Shown here one piece after another: positions 44,626-54,962 of a stretch of DNA of 64,000 nucleotides. Numbering within the stretch: the first letter of the stretch is position 1; every line of letters starts with the position of its first letter. A program made the position numbers and the translations under genes. A model generated the notes under the pieces. It did not search any database and was not told where the DNA came from. It worked only from the letters and a program-made list of their open reading frames with translations. Source of the DNA: Candidatus Omnitrophota bacterium (GTDB taxonomy: Bacteria; Omnitrophota; Gorgyraeia; Gygaellales; Profunditerraquicolaceae); the NCBI GenBank assembly GCA_016208765.1, contig JACQXK010000001.1, positions 64,218 to 128,217 of the forward strand, written 5' to 3'.

Positions 44626-45882
44626 ATGATGCAAAAACAAAGTAGTCAGAATAATCCTTCGCAAAATCACAATCAAGGAGAGCACAGTTTTTATGGGTTG
44701 GGTATTGCGCCTAAGATCCTTGAGATTTTAGGTTCTATTAAATTTAAGGTACCGACACCGATTCAGTTTAAGGCGATACCTTTGGCGCTTGAAGGTAAAG
44801 ATGTAATTGGTATTGCTCAGACCGGAACAGGAAAGACGCATTCATTTGCTATACCTATGGTGCAGCGTCTTATGCAGGTAAAAGGAATTGGTTTAGTTTT
44901 AGCGCCTACGCGTGAATTGGCGATTCAGATTGAAGAGGCTTTTCAGGGCATAGCTCATGCACTCGGGATTAAAACAGCTTGCCTTATTGGCGGGGCTTCT
45001 ATGCATGATCAAGTGCAGGCCTTACGAAGAAATCCACGAGTGGTAATAGCTACTCCCGGTAGGTTATTGGATCATGCTTCACATTGGAATTTTATGCCGG
45101 ATACTGTGTCCATGCTTGTGCTTGATGAGGCTGACCGTATGCTTGATATGGGTTTCGCTCCTCAGATAGACAAGATCCTGCGCTTCTTGCCAAAGGACAG
45201 GCAGACGATGCTTTTTTCAGCGACTATTCCCAAGGAAATTATGGAAATGGTGTCTCGCCATATGAGGCTTCCTGTTAGTGTTGAGATTGCGCCCTCCGGG
45301 ACTACTGCCGAACATTTGACCCAAGAATTATTCATTGTTAAAAAAGAAGAGAAACTAAAACTTTTAGGAAGACTGTTGTTGCAGTATCACGGGTCAGTGC
45401 TTTTGTTTTCACGTACAAAACATAATGCAAGAAAAATTGCCATTGCAGTAAGAAGCATGGGGCATAGTTCTTCAGAAATACACTCTAACCGTTCGTTGAA
45501 CCAGCGTCGTGAGGCATTAGAGGGATTTAAAACCGGAAAATACAAGGTATTAGTTGCAACTGATATTGCAGCAAGAGGCATTGATGTCAGCGGGGTTGAG
45601 CTGGTGATCAATTTTGACCTTCCTGAAGACCCTGAGAATTATGTACATAGGATTGGGCGTACTGCCCGGGCAGGGCACAAGGGGCATGCGATTTCTTTTG
45701 CTACCCCTGACCAGAGTTCTGATGTCAGGGATATTGAGAAGTTGATCCGGACCACGCTTCCTATTTCAAAACATCCTGCGATATCCGCAGAACAATTTTC
45801 AAAATCTACAGTTCATTCCTCGGAAAGAAAGCATAAATTCCACGGCTTTCGTCACAAAGGGCACAGGAATAACCGCCGCTAA
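44626..45882 (+). CDS. DEAD-box ATP-dependent RNA helicase
   Basis: It has motif I AQTGTGKT, PTRELA, DEAD, SAT and HRIGRTAR. Confidence 0.9.
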   Translation: MMQKQSSQNNPSQNHNQGEHSFYGLGIAPKILEILGSIKFKVPTPIQFKAIPLALEGKDVIGIAQTGTGKTHSFAIPMVQRLMQVKGIGLVLAPTRELAIQIEEAFQGIAHALGIKTACLIGGASMHDQVQALRRNPRVVIATPGRLLDHASHWNFMPDTVSMLVLDEADRMLDMGFAPQIDKILRFLPKDRQTMLFSATIPKEIMEMVSRHMRLPVSVEIAPSGTTAEHLTQELFIVKKEEKLKLLGRLLLQYHGSVLLFSRTKHNARKIAIAVRSMGHSSSEIHSNRSLNQRREALEGFKTGKYKVLVATDIAARGIDVSGVELVINFDLPEDPENYVHRIGRTARAGHKGHAISFATPDQSSDVRDIEKLIRTTLPISKHPAISAEQFSKSTVHSSERKHKFHGFRHKGHRNNRR

Positions 45883-45986
45883 TTTATTTATAGAAATAAT
45901 TGGCAAGTAGTGTGTAATCCATATCTAGTCATTCTGAACGAGCCACGCGCGTGAAGAATCTAGATAATTGAGATTCTTTGCTTCAA

Positions 45987-47378
45987 TTAAGCAGGTTGTT
46001 TTTTGTGTTTTTGTTGGCCTTTTGCAATCATGCTGATGATAATGCGTGGTGCGGTTGAGAATAGTGAAATAATCTCTGCAGGTGAAAAGAATTTTACAAT
46101 AAAGATGTTTTTCCAAAGGATTTTTACATATCTATAAGGAGTATAAAAGGTGCCTTTGATTTTCTTGCCGATTTTCTTTAATTTAGCATGGCTGAACATA
46201 TCCGAATATAGCTCGCCTCTTTCAGTAACATGATACCCGGGAGTTTCTTCGGCAATCTTTTTTAACGGGGAAAACTTCTCAATCCTTAATTTATTGCAGG
46301 TAATTGCATCAACGCCGATTTCTTTGGCAAATTTTCCGATATAAAGCATTTCTTGTTCTGTTTCGCCGATATTGCCGTAAATAAAATAACCATTGAAGAA
46401 GATGGGGTATTTTCTAAGCACGGCAAATGATTTGCGCACTGTATCTTGATCAAATCCTTTGTTAAGTTGAGTTAAAATCCAGTTGTGCGGAGATTCTATC
46501 CCGATTAAAAGTGCTTTAAAACCGGCTTTAACCATTTTTTCTAATAATCTCGGATGTTTGGCAATCTCAATTCTTGCCTGGGCGAGAAAACGTTTCTTTA
46601 TTTTACGCGCAATAATTAAATCACAAATTTCTTCCGCTCTTTTAGGGATGGCGAAAAGATTGTCATCGCTAAAAAGAACCACTCCTGCCTCTAAATTCTG
46701 GATTTCGTTTACTACGGATTCTACATTTCGGCAAACATAATTTCTTTTTTGCCCTAAGGGGTTCAAACTGAAAGTGCAAAATTTACAGTCAAAAGGGCAG
46801 CCCCGGGCGCTAAGCACTGAATCAAACATCAGATTTGCCACTTGAATGCCGTTTATGGAAAGCGGGTATTTATTGTGCCTTAAAGAACGGTCCGGGGACT
46901 CAATCGTGTTAATGTCAGGGAATGGGCGGTTGGCATTGTGGGTGATTTTTCCGTTTTCACGGTAAGAAATTCCCGGGATATCTTTCAGGTTGAGCCCGTT
47001 TAATATATCTTTTATGGTTTCTTCGCCTTCGCCTCTGACGATAATATCAATTGTGTGGCAGAGTTTAAAGAGCTCTTCAACTTTTTCAGTAGCTTTATAT
47101 CCACCGACGACTAAGGGAATATCAGCCGGCATGAGGTTTAAAAGGTGGCAGATTTCCGCGAATTGCCTGTCCCAGCCAATGGTGACGCAAATAATATCAA
47201 CATCTTTTGAGATAAAGGAAATAAGTTTGTCTGTGTCGGCGATTTCAGTTTCGTAACGCAGGTCTAAAAGGGTGATTTTCTCCACGCAACCTTTGGCGCT
47301 GGTGGCTACGTATTCTAAGCCAACAGGAGGAAAGAGCATCATCGTGTTGGTGGCGTTTCGTTCAATGTAAGGATTCAA
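45987..47378 (-). CDS. B12-binding-domain radical SAM protein (paralog class of 19698)
   Basis: It has an N-terminal cobalamin-binding region and the CPFDCKFC cluster motif. Confidence 0.75.
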   Translation of the reverse strand: MNPYIERNATNTMMLFPPVGLEYVATSAKGCVEKITLLDLRYETEIADTDKLISFISKDVDIICVTIGWDRQFAEICHLLNLMPADIPLVVGGYKATEKVEELFKLCHTIDIIVRGEGEETIKDILNGLNLKDIPGISYRENGKITHNANRPFPDINTIESPDRSLRHNKYPLSINGIQVANLMFDSVLSARGCPFDCKFCTFSLNPLGQKRNYVCRNVESVVNEIQNLEAGVVLFSDDNLFAIPKRAEEICDLIIARKIKKRFLAQARIEIAKHPRLLEKMVKAGFKALLIGIESPHNWILTQLNKGFDQDTVRKSFAVLRKYPIFFNGYFIYGNIGETEQEMLYIGKFAKEIGVDAITCNKLRIEKFSPLKKIAEETPGYHVTERGELYSDMFSHAKLKKIGKKIKGTFYTPYRYVKILWKNIFIVKFFSPAEIISLFSTAPRIIISMIAKGQQKHKKQPA

Positions 47379-47507
47379 GAAAAGCGCGTGCCGGTATTTG
47401 ATTTTATCCTCTTTGGTTAGAAAATGTTTAATTTGACGTTAAACTTTACCATTAATTGCCGGATAAAGCAAGGTAAATCTGAAGTGAAATGTAATGCGTC
47501 AGTAAAC

Positions 47508-47540
47508 GGGGGGGTGGGGGGGGTGGGGGTGGTGGTGGTG
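47508..47540. repeat. G-rich simple-sequence tract G7TG8TG5T(GGT)4 inserted at the 5' edge of MITE copy 2
   Basis: It is seen directly. The corresponding position in copy 1 reads only ggggataat. The tract lies about 130 bp upstream of the minus-strand radical-SAM gene start. Confidence 0.8.
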
Positions 47541-47628
47541 GATATTGTCATGCCCGCGAAAGCGGGCATCCAGGCGTTCCCGTGGCTGGATTCTTGCTTG
47601 CGCGGGAATGACTTACCCCCAGTAACTG
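47541..47628. repeat. Full copy 2 of the ~85-nt double-hairpin MITE-like repeat
   Basis: It is near-identical to 41758-41845. Confidence 0.75.
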
Positions 47629-47711
47629 ACCTGTTATAGTGAAACAGAAAATGATTGATTTGGGGTCGTATAGTGGGATAATAGAAAGAAATAAAATTAG
47701 CTGATAAGGCG

Positions 47712-47966
47712 TTGATAAAACCAATGAGATTAAAATTAAATTTGTATCCGGTAATTCCGGATATGGATGATAAACTTGAAGAGATTATTAAGAAGGCAGT
47801 AGAAGGCCGTGCTAAAGTTGTTGAGATTGCTTATGGTGAAGCCGGCGAGACTGTCAAGAAACGCATTCTTAATTTCTTAAATAGAAAAGATATCAAGAAG
47901 CTTTATTCGCGTATTGAGAAAACGGATAAGGGTTGGGGGAGAGTTTATGTGCATTTTCGCTGGTAG
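47712..47966 (+). CDS. Hypothetical small protein (84 aa)
   Basis: It is an ORF with plausible spacing upstream of yciH. No domain was recognised. Confidence 0.3.
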   Translation: MIKPMRLKLNLYPVIPDMDDKLEEIIKKAVEGRAKVVEIAYGEAGETVKKRILNFLNRKDIKKLYSRIEKTDKGWGRVYVHFRW

Positions 47967-47981
47967 ATTCAGTTATAAATT

Positions 47982-48338
47982 ATGAAAAGTGATAAGCCAG
48001 ATTCTCGTTTAGTATATTCTACTTCGCAGGGGCAGGCCTGCCCGGAGTGTGCTAAGCCGATTAAAAGCTGTGTGTGCCGTGAAATAAAAATGGCAGCTGT
48101 GCCTGTTGCTGATGGAGTTGTGCGTTTGAGCTACGACACTAAGGGCAGAAAAGGCAAGGGGATGACGCTAATTACAGGTTTAGCCTTAAGCGAACAAGGC
48201 CTTTTAGATTTAGCTAAGCAGCTAAAACAAATGTTTGGCACTGGCGGGTCTGTGAAAGATTATATTATTGAATTGCAAGGAGATCATCGTAAGCTGGCGG
48301 CAGAGGAGTTGCGTAAGTTAGGTTACTGTGTCAAATAG
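47982..48338 (+). CDS. yciH: Translation initiation factor SUI1/YciH family
   Basis: It carries LVYSTSQG... and VRLSYDTKGRKGKGMTLITGL, the SUI1-fold signature. Confidence 0.75.
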   Translation: MKSDKPDSRLVYSTSQGQACPECAKPIKSCVCREIKMAAVPVADGVVRLSYDTKGRKGKGMTLITGLALSEQGLLDLAKQLKQMFGTGGSVKDYIIELQGDHRKLAAEELRKLGYCVK

Positions 48339-48382
48339 ATCAAACTAATAGCCTTGTTTCTACTCAACCGGAGGAGATTATT

Positions 48383-48829
48383 ATGTTAAAATTTCTAAGG
48401 ATGTTATTATTGTTGTTTTTTCTTTTAGCTGCGCAAAAAACATTTGCTCAACAGTCAGAGCCAGGTGAATTTGATAAATTTATAAATAATGATACTGACG
48501 GAAGCAGCTTTGATCAGTCGGTAGTACTTGACAATGCATGTGATTATAGCAAATGTAAAACAAAGGATTGCCTTCTGGATGTTTTTAATAAGACAGTATT
48601 TGGCCAGGAGCTGCAGTATGTTTCAGATAATTATGGGCAAAGAGGCGAAGATTGGGAAGTAACAGGTTATGATAGTGTAGCTGCGTATGTTTTTGATGAC
48701 GATAAATATTATGATGATTTGGGAATTCAAATAATGGGGACCGGGCAAATAATCGTGTTGCATTTTGATATTACCAGTCCTGTTAACGTGTTTGAAGAGA
48801 AGAAATTTAATTTTAAACAAAGTAAATAA
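48383..48829 (+). CDS. Secreted hypothetical protein
   Basis: It has a signal peptide (MLKFLRMLLLLFFLLAAQKTFAQ). Confidence 0.4.
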   Translation: MLKFLRMLLLLFFLLAAQKTFAQQSEPGEFDKFINNDTDGSSFDQSVVLDNACDYSKCKTKDCLLDVFNKTVFGQELQYVSDNYGQRGEDWEVTGYDSVAAYVFDDDKYYDDLGIQIMGTGQIIVLHFDITSPVNVFEEKKFNFKQSK

Positions 48830-48884
48830 CAAGCCCGGATGCGAAGATTATTGAGATTTTAGAGAAGGCTGAGTTATATTTATT

Positions 48885-49121
48885 ATGGATACTAAGATAG
48901 ACACAGGGCTTGGAGAACAGCCGATTGCAAAGATTATGGTTGAGCATGGGCTTAAGCCTAATGATTTGGTAAGCAACTCAAGCGAGCAAATTACGCATAA
49001 AATGGTTAGCCGCTCAGTTAAGGGCAGGCGCTTGAATTTAAGTATCCAGTATAAGGTTCTTAGAGCATTGAATAAAGCTTCGGGGAAGAATTATTTATTA
49101 AAAGATATTTTTAATTATTGA
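48885..49121 (+). CDS. Hypothetical small protein (78 aa)
   Basis: It is an ORF immediately upstream of, and abutting, the SDR gene. Confidence 0.3.
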   Translation: MDTKIDTGLGEQPIAKIMVEHGLKPNDLVSNSSEQITHKMVSRSVKGRRLNLSIQYKVLRALNKASGKNYLLKDIFNY

Positions 49122-49122
49122 T

Positions 49123-50673
49123 ATGCAAGAAGAATTAATTCAGACAAAATATACCAAGGAGCAGATTGAAGAGTGTATTCCTTTGATTGAGAGCTTGGTT
49201 GAAGATAGCGCGCAGTTATTGCGTTTGCCGGAAGAGCAACGTATCAAGTTAATCAGGGCGGCAGGACAGCTTTCCCGCCCTGACCGCGAGGAAATACGTA
49301 AACGCAACAGCGATCTTAGAAAAACTAAGCGCCAAAGAGTGGTCAAGTTTGAGCGGACTGCACGTGCCCAGACAGGAATTCGTAAAGCCCGCGAGGATGC
49401 TGTTTTTATTGCGCCAAAACAAATCGCAGATTCAAATGTTGATAAGAACAGCTGTTTTAGTGAATTAGATTCTCCCCGGAATTGTTATATCTGCAAGGCT
49501 GAATATAAAAAGCTGCATTTTTTTTATGATTCCATGTGCCCGGAATGCGCAGAATTCAATTATCAAAAAAGATTCCAGACAGCTTCGCTTGATGGCCAAG
49601 TTGCATTGATCACTGGTTCAAGATTAAAGATTGGTTATCAGGCAACTTTAAGGATGTTGCGTGCGGGAGCAAGGGTTATTGCTACGACGAGGTTCCCTGT
49701 TGATTCTGCGCTGAGGTTTTCTAAAGAAGAGGATTTTTGTAAGTGGTCTGATCGGCTGCATATCTACGGCCTTGATTTACGCCATACTCCAAGCGTAGAA
49801 ATCTTTTGTGCGTATTTTGAGAAAAAGTATGAGCGTTTAGATTTATTGATTAACAATGCTGCTCAGACTGTGCGGCGCCCGCCTGGCTTTTACGCGCATA
49901 TGATTGCAAATGAAACTTCAAGCTTTAAGAGCCTGCCTGATAACGCGCAATTGCTCTTGGGCCATTTTGAAGAATGTAAAAGAAAGCTTTTAAATTTCTT
50001 TGAATCAAATCTTGCAACAGAATTAGCGCTCCCCATAACCTGGAATGGCTTAGCTCCGGGGATCGGGCTGCGCGCTTCTGCCCAGCTTTCGCAGGTGCCT
50101 TATGCGTATGACCACGCGTTATCAACGGAAGAAGTTTTTCCTGCGGGGGAATTGGATGTGGATTTGCAACAAGTGGATTTGCGAAAAACTAACAGCTGGC
50201 GGTTGAGGTTAGGAGAGATCCTGACATCTGAGATGTTGGAGCTGCATCTTGTTAATGCGGTTGCGCCTTTTGTATTATGTAATAAATTATCAAACATGAT
50301 GAAGCGCGGCAACACAGGCTGCAAACATATTGTAAATGTGTCGGCGATGGAAGGCAAGTTCCTGCGTTTTAAAAAAGACGGCCGTCATCCGCATACTAAT
50401 ATGGCTAAGGCTGCTTTAAATATGTTGACGCATTCTTGCGCAGGTGATTTGGCGAAATACGGTATTTTTATGAATGCGGTAGATACGGGTTGGGTTACTG
50501 ATGAGGACCCTGCTGAGCTTGTTTTGCATAAACAGAAACACCATGATTTTCAGCCTCCTTTAGATATTGTGGATGGAGCAGCAAGGGTTTGTGACCCGTT
50601 TTTTAACGGTATCCTCACCGGCAAGCACTGGTGCGGCAAGTTTTTAAAAGATTATTTTCCGATTGACTGGTAA
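49123..50673 (+). CDS. Short-chain dehydrogenase/reductase (SDR) family oxidoreductase with ~150-aa N-terminal extension containing a CxxC...CxxC zinc-ribbon
   Basis: It has [13 protein letters not shown] (TGxxxGxG-like), NNAA and a catalytic Y/K region. The N-terminus carries CYICKAEY...CPECAEF. Confidence 0.6.
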   Translation: MQEELIQTKYTKEQIEECIPLIESLVEDSAQLLRLPEEQRIKLIRAAGQLSRPDREEIRKRNSDLRKTKRQRVVKFERTARAQTGIRKAREDAVFIAPKQIADSNVDKNSCFSELDSPRNCYICKAEYKKLHFFYDSMCPECAEFNYQKRFQTASLDGQVALITGSRLKIGYQATLRMLRAGARVIATTRFPVDSALRFSKEEDFCKWSDRLHIYGLDLRHTPSVEIFCAYFEKKYERLDLLINNAAQTVRRPPGFYAHMIANETSSFKSLPDNAQLLLGHFEECKRKLLNFFESNLATELALPITWNGLAPGIGLRASAQLSQVPYAYDHALSTEEVFPAGELDVDLQQVDLRKTNSWRLRLGEILTSEMLELHLVNAVAPFVLCNKLSNMMKRGNTGCKHIVNVSAMEGKFLRFKKDGRHPHTNMAKAALNMLTHSCAGDLAKYGIFMNAVDTGWVTDEDPAELVLHKQKHHDFQPPLDIVDGAARVCDPFFNGILTGKHWCGKFLKDYFPIDW

Positions 50674-50742
50674 ATAAGCAAAGCTTACAAATAAAACTAA
50701 ATGAGATAAAAATAATATTAATGGTTCAATAATATTATTAAA

Positions 50743-53310
50743 ATGGCTAACTTAACTTTAAATACTAATAAGAATTTTCAGGAGCAGGATTTTGATTATG
50801 CAGGTATTCCTGTTGATTTAGTTTTTAATAAATTAAAAACTTCTTCAAAAGGCCTGACTGAGAATGAGGCTCAGGAGCGCCTTAAGGAATTTGGCTACAA
50901 TGAGCCCGCCAAAAAAAAGAAAAGAACAATACTTCTTCAAATTCTTTCCAAGTTTATCAATCCCCTTGTAATAGTGCTTTTGGTCATTGCCGGTTTCTCG
51001 CTTTTCTTCGGGCAGGAGATAAGTGCGGCATTGGTTATTTTAATGGCAGTATTGAGCGTTTTTTTATCATTTTTTCAGGAATACCGGGCTGGCAAAGAAG
51101 CAGAGAAGCTTGGTGAAATGGTGCGTGCCACTGCCACGGTTTATCGTAACGGTAAGCCCAAGGAAGTAAAAATCAGGGAGATTGTGCCCGGAGACATTGT
51201 TGATTTATTTGCCGGAGACATGATCCCGGCAGACCTGCGGATTGTTTCCTGCAAGGACCTTTTTATTAATCAGGCAACTTTGACCGGAGAATCTTTCCCA
51301 GTTGAAAAAGTAGCAGAAACCATAAAGCCAAAAGAGGGCGCTTCTGCTGATTTATCAAATATTGTATTTATGGGCTCAAGCGTTGTAAGCGGGACAGCTT
51401 TGGGAGTGGTAATAAAAACCGGCCTTGCTACGCAGTTTGGAGAGCTTTCGCGCAAACTTGCCTCAGTAACAATAGAGAGTGGCTTTGATAAAGGGATACG
51501 CAAATTTACCTGGTTTATGATCAGGGCGATGTTGGTATTAGTAATGGTAATTTTTGCGATAAATGCTTTTAATAAAGGGCAGATTATCCAGGCCTTGATG
51601 TTTTCTTTGTCAGTTGCAGTGGGCCTTACTCCGGAAATGCTTCCTATGCTGGTTGCTATTAATCTTTCAAAAGGCGCAATTGCCATGTCAAAGAAAGATG
51701 TAATTGTCAAACGGTTAAATGCCATACAAAATTTCGGAGCAATGAATGTGCTTTGTACGGATAAAACCGGCACCTTGACATTAGACAAAATAATCCTTGA
51801 AAGGCATTGCGATGTGGTTAAAAAAGAAGATGAAGGTGTTTTAAGATTAGCGTATGTGAATAGCTTTTATCAAACCGGCCTTAAAAACATCCTGGATCGC
51901 GCTATCCTTAAGCATGAAAAACTGCTTGTGAAACAATATAAGAAATTTGATGAAGTGCCTTTTGATTTCTCAAGAAAGATAATGTCTGTTGTTGTTGAGT
52001 TTGAAGGCAAACACAGAATAATCACAAAGGGCGCTCCGGAAGAAGTTTTTAAGAGGTGTGCAAAGTATGAATTGGAAGGCGAGGTGCTGGATATTGACCA
52101 GCTTATAATCGCAGATTTAAAGAGCGAATGCGACGAGTTAAGCTCTGAGGGTTTCAGGGTTTTGGCAGTTGCCTATAAAGATTTTGAAAATAATAAAGAG
52201 AAGTATTCAAAAGATGACGAGCAGGGGCTTATTTTAAAAGGGTATATTGCATTTTTAGACCCGCCAAAGTCTTCGGCAAAAAAGACGATTGAAATGTTAA
52301 AAGGCCTGGGGATAGATTTTAAGGTATTGACCGGTGACAATGAATTGGTTACTAAAAAAATATGCGGCGAAGTGGGCCTTGATGTGAAAGGAATAGCTAA
52401 TGGTGAAGAAGTGGAGAAGGCTACTGATGCCCAGTTGCAGGAACTTGTGAAAACAACTTCTGTTTTTGCCAGGCTTTCACCGCTACAAAAAGAAAAGGTG
52501 ATCCGTGCGCTGCACAAAAATAATCATATAGTAGGTTATCTTGGGGATGGTATAAATGATGCGCTTGCTTTAAAGGCTGCTGACGTCGGGATTTCGGTAA
52601 ATAATGCTGTTGATATTGCTAAAGAATCTGCTGATATTATTCTCTTAAAGAAAAGCCTTTTGGTGTTAGGAGACGGTGTTATAGAAGGAAGAAAGACTTT
52701 TGGAAATATATTAAAATATATCAAGATGGGTTCAAGTTCTAATTTTGGGAATATGCTTAGCATGACCGGGGCGAGTATCTTCCTGCCGTTTTTACCGATG
52801 CTTCCTATTCAGATCCTTTTAAATAATTTCCTTTATGATTTATCGCAGATAGCTATTCCTTCTGATGATGTGGATAAGGAATATATTCTAAAATCCAGGC
52901 CTTGGAATGTAGCCTACATAAAGAAATTTATGCTTGCCCTTGGGCCGGTGAGCTCGCTGTTTGATTTTATCACCTTTGGAGTATTGCTATGGGTTTTTCG
53001 CGCCCCTGAATCGTTGTTCCACACAGGGTGGTTTTTGGAATCACTTTGCACTCAGACGCTGGTAATATATGTAATCAGGACAGGAAAGATCCCATTTATT
53101 GAAAGCAGGCCCAGCCAGTTCTTGATGTTTACCTCTATTTACATTGTAACTATAGGTATGGTGCTGCCTTTTACCCCCTTAGGGAAATATTTTGGCTTTG
53201 TTGCTCCTCCTCCGGTTTATTTTATATTTCTTATTTTTATAGTCGGACTGTATCTATTAATGGTGCAAAAAGCAAAGAATTGGTTCATTAAAAAATACGG
53301 GTACGAATAA
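50743..53310 (+). CDS. mgtA: Mg2+-importing P-type ATPase
   Basis: 855 aa with the motifs TGES, DKTGTLT and GDGINDALAL. The overall size and layout are typical of MgtA/MgtB. Confidence 0.85.
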   Translation: MANLTLNTNKNFQEQDFDYAGIPVDLVFNKLKTSSKGLTENEAQERLKEFGYNEPAKKKKRTILLQILSKFINPLVIVLLVIAGFSLFFGQEISAALVILMAVLSVFLSFFQEYRAGKEAEKLGEMVRATATVYRNGKPKEVKIREIVPGDIVDLFAGDMIPADLRIVSCKDLFINQATLTGESFPVEKVAETIKPKEGASADLSNIVFMGSSVVSGTALGVVIKTGLATQFGELSRKLASVTIESGFDKGIRKFTWFMIRAMLVLVMVIFAINAFNKGQIIQALMFSLSVAVGLTPEMLPMLVAINLSKGAIAMSKKDVIVKRLNAIQNFGAMNVLCTDKTGTLTLDKIILERHCDVVKKEDEGVLRLAYVNSFYQTGLKNILDRAILKHEKLLVKQYKKFDEVPFDFSRKIMSVVVEFEGKHRIITKGAPEEVFKRCAKYELEGEVLDIDQLIIADLKSECDELSSEGFRVLAVAYKDFENNKEKYSKDDEQGLILKGYIAFLDPPKSSAKKTIEMLKGLGIDFKVLTGDNELVTKKICGEVGLDVKGIANGEEVEKATDAQLQELVKTTSVFARLSPLQKEKVIRALHKNNHIVGYLGDGINDALALKAADVGISVNNAVDIAKESADIILLKKSLLVLGDGVIEGRKTFGNILKYIKMGSSSNFGNMLSMTGASIFLPFLPMLPIQILLNNFLYDLSQIAIPSDDVDKEYILKSRPWNVAYIKKFMLALGPVSSLFDFITFGVLLWVFRAPESLFHTGWFLESLCTQTLVIYVIRTGKIPFIESRPSQFLMFTSIYIVTIGMVLPFTPLGKYFGFVAPPPVYFIFLIFIVGLYLLMVQKAKNWFIKKYGYE

Positions 53311-53392
53311 TGTTCATTAAATACTGGCTATAAAAGAGCTTGACAAAACAGAAATAGATGGTAAACTTATTTTTGTAGTAAATAGGATTAGA

Positions 53393-53437
53393 AGTCGTAG
53401 GCCGCAAGGAGGATGATTACTAACCTTGCGGTTTTTT
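53393..53437 (+). terminator. Terminator hairpin (ccgcaagg...ccttgcgg + T7) after mgtA, near-duplicate of 32441
   Basis: An 8-bp stem with a T-run. It shares the stem sequence with the element upstream of the other csp gene. Confidence 0.6.
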
Positions 53438-53486
53438 TCTATGTCGTTATTTACTATAATTTTTAAAGAAAAGGAGGTAGTAAATA

Positions 53487-53687
53487 ATGGCAAGAGGTAA
53501 AGTGAAGTGGTTCTCGAATCAGAAAGGTTATGGGTTCATTACTCCAGAGTCTGGTAGTGATGTATTTGTGCATCATAGCGCCATACAAGGCGATGGATAT
53601 AAAACACTAGACGAGGGTCAGGAAGTTGAGTTTGAAATTGAAAAAGGCCCCAAAGGTGAGCAGGCAACAAAAGTTGTAAAACTTTAA
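53487..53687 (+). CDS. cspA: Cold-shock protein (CspA family), second copy
   Basis: It carries [28 protein letters not shown]. Confidence 0.9.
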   Translation: MARGKVKWFSNQKGYGFITPESGSDVFVHHSAIQGDGYKTLDEGQEVEFEIEKGPKGEQATKVVKL

Positions 53688-53701
53688 TTTGCTGATAACC
53701 A

Positions 53702-53738
53702 AAAGCCCGGTTTATGAAAATAAGCCGGGCTTTTTTTC
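53702..53738 (+). terminator. Rho-independent terminator after csp (agcccgg/ccgggct + T7)
   Basis: A hairpin with a T-run, seen directly. Confidence 0.6.
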
Positions 53739-53818
53739 TGCCTAAAATCTCTTGTGGCCTTGCCGGGTTAAGGATATAATCAGCTTGAGGCTAAATTTTA
53801 TCAGAACGAAAGAGAGGA

Positions 53819-54901
53819 ATGGCAATCATGATAAGGAAAATTATAATCGGGATTCTCCTGGTAGCAGCTATATTTTTTGTTGTTGCCAGCGTTTTTGTTG
53901 CTATTTATGGAAAGAAAATTGTCCAAGAACAAATAGAGCAAAATCTTAAACTAAAAACGAATATCGGAAGTATTCGTTTGAACCTGCCGATAAAAGTTGT
54001 TATAAACAAAATTCAACTGGGAGAACTTTTTAAGGCTGAGCAAATTTCTTTTTCCCCTGATATTTTAGGCCTTGTTGCAGGAAAGATTGTATTAGCAGAT
54101 TTGCGCGTTGTTCAGCCAGTAATTAATCTGGAACAATCTGCTGAAGGTAAGCTTAACCTGCTTGAGTTAAATAAGCAGGGAAAGCCGCCTGCCATTTATA
54201 TCACCAGCATTGAGATACAAAACGGAAGATTTAATTTCTTAGACAGGAAAGTAACTCCGGACGGTTTGTTGGTAATGTTAGATAAAATAAATATCACTGT
54301 TTCTAAGGTTATGTTTCCACCAACATCACTTAATGTAAAATTTAAGGCTAGGGCAGAAATACTTAATCAGGATGCAAAACAAATCGGGCAACTTGTGTCT
54401 TCCGGTTGGGTAGATTTTAGGCCAAAGAATATGGATGCTACGTTTGAACTAAAGGACCTGCAGGTGCTTTATTTTGAGCCTTATTATGGAGAATTTCTTT
54501 CCAAAAAGAAGCTTCTATCCGCTAATTTAGATTTGGCCTCAACGTTGAAGGCCAAGAATAATGATTTGGTAATTGGAGTGGATTTTAAGCTTTCCGGCCT
54601 GGTTTATGCTAAAGACGAGCCTCAGCAAGAGAGCTCTCTCCCAAGTTTTGACTTAGTAAAAAATACCCTGGATTTATTTACAGATAGAAAAGGTAATCTT
54701 GACCTTAATTTTACTATCAATACGAAATTGGATAAACCAGAAATCAGTATTTCGGATTTGAAGAAAACAATTCTTCAAGCTGCGTTGAATAATTTATCAA
54801 ACCAGCCTCCTCAGGATATTATTGAAAAAGTTACCGATACAATTCAGCAGTTTAAGGATTTTGGCGAAAAAATGGGGGATATATTTAAGAATAAGCAGTA
54901 A
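53819..54901 (+). CDS. Membrane-anchored AsmA-like/DUF748-like protein (paralog of 11934)
   Basis: It has an N-terminal TM and shares an architecture and motif pattern with the 11934 ORF. Confidence 0.45.
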   Translation: MAIMIRKIIIGILLVAAIFFVVASVFVAIYGKKIVQEQIEQNLKLKTNIGSIRLNLPIKVVINKIQLGELFKAEQISFSPDILGLVAGKIVLADLRVVQPVINLEQSAEGKLNLLELNKQGKPPAIYITSIEIQNGRFNFLDRKVTPDGLLVMLDKINITVSKVMFPPTSLNVKFKARAEILNQDAKQIGQLVSSGWVDFRPKNMDATFELKDLQVLYFEPYYGEFLSKKKLLSANLDLASTLKAKNNDLVIGVDFKLSGLVYAKDEPQQESSLPSFDLVKNTLDLFTDRKGNLDLNFTINTKLDKPEISISDLKKTILQAALNNLSNQPPQDIIEKVTDTIQQFKDFGEKMGDIFKNKQ

Positions 54902-54962
54902 TTTGTTTAAATTCCCCAGAATCTGCTTGAAATAATAAAGCATTGCAGCTATAATTGCCATT

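Noticed and set aside
47424-47639. ORF encoding …DIVMPAKAGIQAFPWLDSCLRGNDLPP…
   Set aside because: It is a translation of the G-tract plus the double-hairpin MITE-like repeat. The same peptide motifs arise wherever the repeat occurs, so it is not a gene.
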